Origin: Azolla caroliniana
Lineage: Eukaryota > Plantae > Polypodiophyta
Reading direction: 5' to 3'
Length of the DNA stretch: 19,546 nucleotides
Assembly: GCA_043228905.1 (NCBI GenBank)
Contig: JBHGNT010000598.1
Span: 1 to 19,546 of the forward strand
Made by a program: the position numbers and the translations under genes. Position 1 is the stretch's first letter. Each line of letters starts with the position of its first letter. Below the pieces are notes generated by a model. It had not been told where the DNA came from, did no database searches, and was given only the letters and a program-made list of their open reading frames with translations. This document shows, piece after piece, positions 12,901 through 19,546 of the stretch.

Positions 12901-15900
12901 AAATAGGTGTTCCCATAGAAATGTCAACCAAGTTATGCTCTTGGTGGAATCATTAAGGATGAAGTGGGAAGATGCAAAGAGGACAAAGCTAGAATACTAC
13001 ATTGCAAATGTCAACCCTGAATGTTGGTCTCAATATAAAGCAAGAATGCCTATTGACTGTATCCAACCTTATCTCATTACCAATATGAGTAGTAATGCTC
13101 GTAGAGCCCTTACACTACTTCGCACTCGATCTCACAAGTTAGGTATTGAAGTTGCATCATGGTATCAAAATGTAACGAATTTGAAGACATGTAAAGTATG
13201 CAATGAAGGCATGGTAGACGATGAATGTCGCTTGCTCTTCACATGCTCGACATATAGTGCAATTAGTTCACGATATGCTAACATACTAAGAGGGAGTGAT
13301 AACTTAAGTCCCATACTTAAAGACACCACCTAGAAGGTTGAGCTCATATGTGTATGCTTTATTCACGCATAGAGACTTTGTGCTTCAATGTATGAATACA
13401 ACTTCTTAGGAAGGAGACACATACCAAAAACACATTTATACTCATGTCCCATAAGTCAAAACTGGCCTCTTTATGGACGATAAAAATTCTAATTCTAATT
13501 CTGTACTCGACTTCTTGTGAATATGCATCCCTTCATGACCTTGAGAGGCAGTACACATGTATCCAGTTCCAAGAACCACAAAATCGAATTGTGATTGTTC
13601 GATACACTTATAGCACCAACTCCTCTACGGAGTAAAAATTTGGGGACTAAGCCTCAAGCATGGGTAATGAAAGATTCAAACCTGAATTCTAAGATGGTCC
13701 TACACATCTCTAGGAGCAATATTCATAGCGACTCGGTTCTCCCCACAGAAATCTGGCTGCGCTCAACTTTCTTGTCAATATGCAGCCCTTGATGACCTTG
13801 AGAGACAATGTGCACATATCCAGTTCTAAGAACCCCGAACTAAATTGTGGTTGTTTGATAAACTTGTAGAACCAACTCTATAAAGTAGAAATTTGGGGAC
13901 TGGTCCTTCATAGGGCACATGGACTTGGAGATGTTTAGTTTCAATGATTGCCCACAAGCAAGGAGCAAAGCATCAGTGCCCCATGATATAATCTGGGTGG
14001 AGATGCCATTGTATGATATCATAAGATTTTCTATTATGGGGGATATAATAGTATTAGGGGACTTCAATGTAAGTACTAAGAATGAACAACTTTGTTTGCC
14101 ATAAGCAAGACCGTGTTTGGAGAATTTGTGGCGTGGGGAGTTGGCCTACAGCAATGAGCTCAAGATAGAAACAAAGTAACAAAATGCTGCAATATATGCA
14201 GCAATGAGCCCAAGGGAGGTGCAAGCATGGTTGATTACTTGATGAGATCTGTATCCCTTCAACCAAAGATAATGATTTCACTATCTCTAGAGGAAGTCAC
14301 ACAATTAGAGCAATTTCATTATGCCGCTACAAATGTTTTTCCTAACACCACAATCGGCAAGGCATCCATGCATGATAGAGCCACAAACTAGTTGGGAAGA
14401 TGAAAAATGTCATAATACAAAGAGGTGTTATAAATGAAAAGTAAGTTGGGGAATTCATACACATAAATAAGCAAGAATAATCCCCAATGCCTTCACAAGA
14501 AGAAGAAGAGATTAATGCAGATCTATTGGTTGTTCCTTCGAAAGAAAGAAAGATATATTAACGTCTTTTAAGAGGCCAAAATGGCCTATAAATCCAAATA
14601 AGAGATTACATCTTAAGTGTTGTCTCGTCTTTGGGAACAAATCAAAATAAAATAAATATTACACAGTAAATATAAAAGTAAATAAGACGAAAAGAAAAGA
14701 AACGAGGGAATCTGGTTTTTGGCACATGTGAGATTCTCAAGTTAGGTATATTGTAGCTTTTGTCTTCGAAAGATCTATAGCATAGGTCGATCCAGAATGG
14801 AAATGTCTCCAAAGCGAGGGAAGCAACTACGATGGCAAGAGATAATGGTTTTTATCTGTCGATGACAAGGGTGTTGAGGTCGAGGTCCATGGGGCCGGGG
14901 CCTATGTGCACGGCAAATTTGCCCGATCAATAGTAACCCCTTTGGTATGTCCTAGACTTGAGCCCATTTGTGTATCCCATGATTGACTTGTAGCATTAGT
15001 AGGAGTGATGGGGCTAAAGAAAGTTGTGATTGTTCTTTGTGGATGAGCTTGTGTGGTTGTATTCTTCAACAACTTTTCCCGATGTCTCTTGAGCTCTAGC
15101 AAGAAAAGTCCTAGGCATCGTTGGTCCTCATATTCCATTACATTGCGTAGTGGGCCAAAGCCTTGTTTAAAGAGGCAATGGTATCTCCCTCTGATTTCAT
15201 AAAAAACTAGAGTAACAAACATAGAGATCTTCAGATTCCACTCCTGCATGACATAATTGGCAAATTCTTTCTTCTAGAAGTATTTGTGTATATCTGCCTA
15301 CCTCAATCTCTAACTGATGTGATGAAGTTCGCAGCTGCCCTATCACACTATGCAGCGCATAGGATAGATGTTTGAGAAGAAAGTAAACAATCATGGAAAA
15401 TGTTTGATGGCATGCAATCTAGCACACAACTAGCCACCTGAGGATTGGGATGAATATGCAAACATACTCTTATGCAGCGCAACAGAGTATGACAAACACT
15501 TTCTAGCCCATGCTAATGCACATGGATTCATGATATACAATGGTTGTCATAATGGCCAAGATCTGATGCTTTTAAGATTAATGGAACCCTGAGGGACATG
15601 CAAGAACAACCAATTACATTAAGGGATCTCCATCCCTTCTACCCGAGATAACAGATTTCACTATCTCTAGTAGACATTTTGGCTTGACAGTAGATCACAT
15701 ATATCTATGCTTTAAGGTGAAGGATGTGATGGATGGATGACAAAAGGACAAATAGGCTAAGAACAAGATTGGGCATGCTAAACACCAATTTATTTGCAAG
15801 ATACTTTATTTGTATAGTTGTGGAGTATAATGGCATGCTTCCAACGCCTTCACACGAAGAAAAAGAGATCATATTTGGCAATTCGAGATCAGATGTCTGT

Positions 15901-18900
15901 TAGTTTGCCTGTCATTAAACAGACTCCATGCTCTTTTACTTTTTTCTTCAAGGATCCATATATACTTTTTCTTCTCCATTACTCTGATAGGCAGCTCAAA
16001 TTGTTTTTCACATCGGTTAGAATTTGAGATAGGAAGATGTGAACACAAATCTATGGAAGAATGGATCTGCCAATTCTGCCATACTCGGGTGTAATCAGAA
16101 TAACAAATACACAAGCTCCGACCTATTATGTGTTATCGAAAGGGATGCAAATAGATCGGGCAATAGCAATGTGCCATGCACATAGACAAGACCATCTCAA
16201 CCACAAGCCCACCATAATTGTCATCAACAATATAGGCCTTTATCACTCAGCATCAAAGGTGCTTCTATCATTTCAAAGATCTCTTCATCTTGGAGAGGCT
16301 CATATAGGATATTTCTTCAATGTCAGAAGGTTCAGTCTAAGGTAATGTTATGCAATCTTGTTGAGAATCAAGCTCAATGGGTGAACATGTGCTTATGAAG
16401 AAAAGCACGATGTATGAAAAAATGCAGTGAGCACACTTTACTATAACCCGTGTGAACTATCTAGTTACACGAAGAACTAGATTGTGATATCTAGTTAGTT
16501 GTCAAGTGTAAATGTGGTCAAAGAATATCATATATTCTTATGATAGAATCGTACTCAAGCGGATATCTTGATTAGATTCCACCAACCACATTTAATGTGG
16601 CAGTTTCTGGAGGACTTTTATATAAAATCCCCTTGGCCCATTGGGTTTAGTTGATGATCTTTAGTCGATTAATATAGTCGATGTAATCTCTTATTTGGTC
16701 TTATAGGCCATTTTGGCCTCTTAAAAGACGTTAATATTTCTTTCTTTCTTTCTTTCTTTCTTCAGCGCATAAGCTATCATCCCCCGACTGTGTATTTTAT
16801 TATTTCTGGTTATTTTCTCTGATTCCTTCTCTTGCAAACACACCCAGTCTCACACACACACTACGCTTCCACATATGTACTCCAACTCTACGAGAGTTAG
16901 ATTCTTTACAAATCTTTTTTCTAGTCTTATACGCAATTTTGGTCTCTTAAAAGTTGTTAATATAGTTTTATTTCACAATCTATCAATCCCACAACATCAG
17001 TTCTAAAACGTGTGGATTCTTCTCATCACTTTGATATATTACATCTGATAATCATCTTGATGAGATGAGCACTTTTCTAGATTACCACTTTTTCCTCTAG
17101 TGTTTGACTACGTTTTCATTGTTGGCTACCCTTGTTGGGTCTTTTCTCTTAAAAAACAAGTCTTTGTTGCTCATTTTTTGCCTGTAGTCTATTCTGAGGA
17201 AATGCTGAATAATACAAAGACATACAATCGCCAAAGAAGTGAAGGAAGGTGGTAGAGATGAATTCTATATAAGAAACCATGGTAGTGGATTGTAATGTCA
17301 TGCAATATGGCCCTCAATAAAATAAAAATGAAACCCGATATAGGCACTTATCAATATTTGGAGAAACTACGTTCGCAAATTCCCATGTGTTTGAACTATT
17401 ATCATAATTGATTATTTACTTGACATTTCAGCATTTATGATATAGGCATAACATAATGCTAATTTTAATGGTTTCAGGGATGTGTAAGTGAGAAACCAGT
17501 TATCCTAGGACTTAGGACAAAACCATAAGGACCTATGACACATGGGAACACGTAGTGGTCTGTTGGTCTGGAAACCTAAGGTATTGGGATATATAAATGG
17601 AACTCGCTACCCCTTCATTACGGCAGCTTGAGACGTTGTTGAGACTCTATTGGTGAGCAATGCTCTCTTCATTTGGATCTGTTCATCTCAACATCGACAG
17701 TATAACATAAGGTAATAGTCGGTGGTATGGGACACGAATTGTATTTTATGTTCATCTCTTGTCCTTCACTTGGGATTAGTCAGTGTGGTTAAGCACCTTG
17801 ATCCATTTTTTCCTTAATCAAAATATTCATTTTGATTCGTAATACTTTCCATACTATAGACTCCCCATTATGTTGATCTCTTTTTGTATATAGCTCCCAA
17901 TTGCACTTAAGCTTTTCTAAGACCATGGCAGTTTATGGTTTCCATACCAAGTTGCTTTCTCCCAAATTTCCAGCTTGAACCAATCTACACCAGCATCTCC
18001 CAACTTTCGTCCTTTAAGCCTTGTATCTTCAGCTGAACTTTCAAGTTACAGTTCTTTAACATGAGCTTCAAGGTTCTTCCAAACTAACTTGAAGCCTACA
18101 TTGATATTGTCGTGATCTGTTGTCATTTATGTGTTCTCAGGAAAACTACATTTTTGGCCATTTGTTTCCTGCAAGTGTTTCAAGAAACAAGTACTTTGAC
18201 AAATCTACTATATCCAACTTTTTACAGCTCCTTTGAAACTACAAAATAGAGACAGCTGATGGAAACCCCATCAGTTAATCCTATAAATTCACATAAGCCC
18301 TACATGACTGAAAAATGCTCCAGATTAAACCCAAGATTTATGTCAATATCAAGGTTCATCAGAAAGCATACCACCTGTATATCTACTTATCACAATACAC
18401 ATTTACTGGAGTTCAAGAAAACCATTGTCCAGCATTAATTTCCTACAGAAAATGTGAGCAAAATTCCTTCATACTCTCCAAATTCTCATAGAAGAATATA
18501 GATCCATAGTACACTTTTAATGAAGTACAGCCTTATGACGGATGTTTACAGCTTTGTTGAAACATTCATATATTAAGATTAATGGAAGTAAGGCAATCTT
18601 GGATTCCTTTTGAAACCACACTCATTATACCTGGAAGCAAAACCATTGTCGCAGGTGTTTCTCCTAGTCGGTCCGGAACTGCTGGATTTTCAACTGACAA
18701 TATATCCATTCTGTATAGTGTACTATTGCTTGCCATAGAGTTTGTAACACGACAAGAAATTGGGTACATCCCTGTACTAGCACTTCCTACTTGGCATGTT
18801 ACATTTGGTAAAACTGATCCAGTTAACTTATTAACGACATTGAAACTCAAGGAAGGAGCTCCAGAGTAATGTGCACATTGTCCACAGCTTAGGCTACATT

Positions 18901-19047
18901 CTAATGCTCCAATGCAGGGTGATGTTTCACATCCATATTTGAAGGCTTCAATAGAAAAATTGAATTGAATTCCTTCATAAATTTTATTTACAGATGTTTT
19001 TGAGAGGCTGCTCCTTGTACATCTGGGGCTTATGTTTGCAGTTTGAG
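851..19047 (-). CDS. GEX2: GEX2-like filamin/Ig-repeat surface protein, partial multi-exon gene: join(19047-18631, 11039-10704, 10580-10254, 9170-8838, 7875-7546, 7428-7081, 6404-6072, 4825-4505, 1374-1057, 975-851)
   Basis: All exons have canonical AG/GT boundaries with compatible phases and splice into one stop-free frame. The repeats share W..G...F.AG, LxIxLxDxYxN and SPF/L.F.V..G. The last exon (FPLPKPDISWTWENTTAIINVLDNDYF) resembles the angiosperm GEX2 segment FPKAxDDxVxVWEDES...LxNDYF as I recall it. About 30 N-x-S/T sequons suggest an extracellular protein. Confidence 0.85.
1057..1374 (-). CDS. Exon I: filamin/Ig-like module (106 codons, phase 1-1)
   Basis: Acceptor TTTTTCAG|GA and donor TCAT|GTAAG; NVSIADTVVAATDGL...LKDKYGNPVPGQ...GNYTINY...IPGFPFYCYTHS. 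Confidence 0.9.
1530..3290 (+). mobile_element. Degenerate LINE (family 1), RT through C-terminal zinc knuckle; antisense to the gene in intron H-I; lacks the 3' tail
   Basis: Motifs NYRTIMI, FQKSFDTV, VKQGCRLS, LLYAYD (decayed YADD), INMNKTK and LQTSSHPLEIEMGRY...ERICQLCH, with several frameshifts. The 3' part is similar to 14540-15371. Confidence 0.9.
3356..3790. repeat. Diverged tandem duplication, period about 260-275 bp
   Basis: aaatcatgacat at 3356 and 3617; cacaaggtggat(a/g)ctggatattgt and tgatgatcatctga are present in both copies. Confidence 0.75.
4098..4270. repeat. Tandem duplication of about 89 bp (2 copies)
   Basis: gcatattgactgaccatagtgtg(tg)aacaacaaaggtgt(c/t)cccactcaa starts at 4098 and 4187. 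Confidence 0.9.
4505..4825 (-). CDS. Exon H: filamin-type module (107 codons, phase 1-1)
   Basis: Acceptor TTTTACAG|CG and donor GCAG|GTAGA; SLIYGLGLNPSVVGQLSTFFIQLKDIDGE matches the classic filamin repeat start (GxGL...G...FxIxxKD). Confidence 0.9.
5271..5925 (-). mobile_element. 5'-truncated LINE 3' end (family 3) with stem-loop and (TTTC)n tail
   Basis: KHISEKYATLF..LYYMME.DYPCL....ECKKHK...HITDFF parallels family 1 (EIRGRYHCLF...VMEYEDQRCL...ELKRHR...TITTFF). It ends TTAATATATCTTTCTTTC as family 1 does, and has an internal 58-59 bp tandem repeat at 5548-5670. Confidence 0.65.
6072..6404 (-). CDS. Exon G: filamin/Ig-like module (111 codons, phase 1-1)
   Basis: Acceptor CTACAG|GT and donor GGAA|GTAAA; AEWKYRVNIF...QKDKWGN...ISGCPYNFSVLG. 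Confidence 0.88.
6560..7000 (-). mobile_element. Possible old LINE 3' relic
   Basis: VMQ...CRNLGCLL weakly resembles the family 1 C-terminus, and there is a terminal hairpin ttgacactc/gggtgtcaa at 6573-6605. Confidence 0.3.
7081..7428 (-). CDS. Exon F: filamin/Ig-like module (116 codons, phase 1-1)
   Basis: Acceptor ATTCAG|GA and donor GATG|GTAAA; SLGSWYGGVN...IRDVFGN...NAPLSFFVED. Confidence 0.9.
7546..7875 (-). CDS. Exon E: filamin/Ig-like module (110 codons, phase 1-1)
   Basis: Acceptor TTCTAG|CA and donor CCAG|GTAAA; CRASWHNGINKFRAG...LHDAYGN...NSPLSFTVYP. Confidence 0.9.
8838..9170 (-). CDS. Exon D: filamin/Ig-like module (111 codons, phase 1-1)
   Basis: Acceptor TTTACAG|CG, branch-point-like TACTAAT at 9203-9209, donor TCAG|GTAAT; CTAEWVNGNLFLAG...LRDKYKN...NSTLKFSVVS. 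Confidence 0.9.
9210..9523 (-). mobile_element. Family 1 LINE 3'-end fragment with tail
   Basis: Colinear with 14540-14870 (agaggccaaaatggcctata; tttgtcttcgaaagatct; agcgagggaagca). Confidence 0.9.
9981..9995. repeat. (AT)n microsatellite
   Basis: atatatatatatata. Confidence 0.8.
10011..10228 (-). mobile_element. Family 1 LINE 3'-end fragment with (TTTC)4 tail
   Basis: gaaagaaagaaagaaagatatattaac...agaggccaaaatggcctataagacc; colinear with 14540-14757. Confidence 0.9.
10254..10580 (-). CDS. Exon C: filamin/Ig-like module (109 codons, phase 1-1)
   Basis: Acceptor GAACAG|GA and donor CCAG|GTACA; CLLDWDEGNNTFKAGQ...IKDVYNN...GSPFTLYVVP. Confidence 0.9.
10704..11039 (-). CDS. Exon B: filamin/Ig-like module (112 codons, phase 1-1)
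   Basis: Acceptor GGTAG|GT and donor GCAG|GTATA; SVGSWINGINVFKA...LRDAYNN...KSPFKFNITA. Confidence 0.9.
11340..11640 (+). mobile_element. Old LINE C-terminal relic
   Basis: LIEVDRHRRIDRMCNIC resembles LEIEVGRY...ERICQLC; the extent is approximate. Confidence 0.45.
11690..12007 (+). mobile_element. Old family-1-like LINE RT relic, left part (interrupted by a family 2 element)
   Basis: Colinear with about 1900-2270: gttaagga, tcaggagcatgcttagc, YVDDIVLIS, aataaaaccaaagtgatga, ttcatagggcct. Confidence 0.75.
12008..13502 (+). mobile_element. 5'-truncated LINE (family 2) with RT, zinc knuckle, 3' stem-loop and (AATTCT)3 tail; non-functional
   Basis: DHLVTLR...CCFVDFKKASDTVP*, GVKQGCPLSPTLF, LLYADD, VNVEKTK, FKYLGI, LRTRSHKLGIE...CKVC...DDECRLLFTC. 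In-frame stops at 12114 and 12885; tail at 13485-13502. Confidence 0.93.
13503..14010 (+). mobile_element. Old family-1-like LINE relic, right part, plus a second diverged copy of the same segment (about 13655-13910)
   Basis: ccagttc(c/t)aagaacc and gta(a/g)aaatttggggact each occur twice; caagcatgggtaat matches 2160-2173; aggagcaaagca matches about 2489. Confidence 0.75.
14010..14450 (+). mobile_element. LINE apurinic-like endonuclease (APE) domain relic
   Basis: GDIIVLGDFN and GGASMVDYL motifs. Confidence 0.7.
14540..15371 (-). mobile_element. Family 1 LINE, 5'-truncated, with complete 3' end, stem-loop and (TTTC)3 tail
   Basis: IGQLRTSSHQLEIEVGRY...ERICQLCH...EIRGRYHCLFKQGFGPL; it ends AGGCCATTTTGGCCTCTTAAAAGACGTTAATATATCTTTCTTTCTTTC. 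Confidence 0.92.
15400..16330 (+). mobile_element. Old internally deleted family-1-like LINE (APE relic joined to the C-terminus)
   Basis: gatttcactatctctag is shared with about 14274; SHRLEFEIGRCEHKSMEEWICQFCH at about 16008-16082; atagatcgggcaatagcaatgtgccatgcacatag matches about 3192-3226. Confidence 0.7.
16680..16762 (+). mobile_element. Family 1 LINE extreme 3' end only (stem-loop plus (TTTC)6)
   Basis: Reverse complement of the 14540-14612 terminus. Confidence 0.9.
16905..16975 (+). mobile_element. Degraded family 1 3' terminus
   Basis: gtcttatacgcaattttggtctcttaaaagttgttaata versus the consensus gtcttataggccattttggcctcttaaaagacgttaata. Confidence 0.65.
18631..19047 (-). CDS. Exon A: divergent Ig/filamin-like module with Cys-rich insert (139 codons, phase 1-1)
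   Basis: Acceptor ATACAG|CT and donor CCAG|GTATA; 417 nt open. Translation: QTANISPRCTRSSLSKTSVNKIYEGIQFNFSIEAFKYGCETSPCIGALECSLSCGQCAHYSGAPSLSFNVVNKLTG...ETPATMVLLP. It extends well upstream of the supplied ORF 18566..18850. Confidence 0.75.
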
Positions 19048-19546
19048 CTGTATATCATTAGCACATGGCCATAAAACCACTGATTATCAAAGTGTGGAGC
19101 ATTATTTCCCCAAATCAACTTTTATGCAATAAAATGTTCTTGAAAGTTTTCTGTACACAAACTGTTCTCATATACTACATTGTCAAGTCTCACATAAGGG
19201 AAGGGAGATATTCTAAAATTTCTCCATAGACTGTGTCATGACTCATGGCACATCACTCTATTCTCTAGACATTGGCCTTACTTGCTTATCCAACTTCTTA
19301 GGTGTGAATGAGGAAGGTTAATAATATATAATAGTCATAGATAAGCTGGTGTACATGTAGACCTTCGATGTGAGTCAACTAAAAGGATTACTCCATCAAC
19401 GTAACTCCTGAAACCAGTTTTATCATCATCATTGACTACACATATCATCTTCATTATTGATTACAAATAGTGTCCCATTTATTTTTCCACATTATTCATT
19501 CTTCATCGGAAACCCTGAGGCAGTGTTCAGTTTCCTTTCCATGCGT

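Noticed and set aside
1057-13333. Diversity-generating retroelement, retron or group II intron (RT next to Ig-like repeats)
   Set aside because: The RTs are broken non-LTR LINE ORF2 pieces with APE and zinc-knuckle motifs inside spliceosomal introns. No template/variable repeat pair with adenine-specific differences was seen.
14530-15385. Target-site duplication ttcgaaagaaag / ttgagaagaaag around the family 1 copy
   Set aside because: Only 9 of 12 positions match, the sequence is low complexity, and it overlaps the tail itself.
6178-18869. Antisense ORFs (6178-6396, 7212-7454, 18582-18869, 12188-12529, 12483-12704)
   Set aside because: They are shadows of real exons or of LINE RT frames and have no independent support.
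19048-19546. Signal-peptide or first exon
   Set aside because: I found no hydrophobic Met-initiated segment ending in a phase 1 donor.

Overview
AT-rich eukaryotic (land plant, probably non-flowering) genomic DNA, not a prokaryotic locus. The minus strand carries ten in-frame GT-AG exons (19047 down to 851; 3188 nt, about 1062 codons) of a GEX2 (GAMETE EXPRESSED 2)-like cell-surface protein. Nine consecutive phase 1-1 exons each encode one filamin/Ig-like module, the first with a Cys-rich insert. A tenth exon starts the 'W-E-N...INVLDNDYF' cadherin/Big_9-like region. Neither the start nor the stop codon was found in the window. Introns are either short (81-123 bp) or enlarged, mostly by dead APE-RT LINEs of at least three families (RTE-X-like by inference), including a nested insertion and several 3'-end-only copies. 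Most notable: the apparently expanded one-exon-one-domain GEX2 array, a 3' stem-loop that covaries across three LINE families, and a templated-filler deletion scar inside one LINE. Everything was read by eye; no database searches were run.
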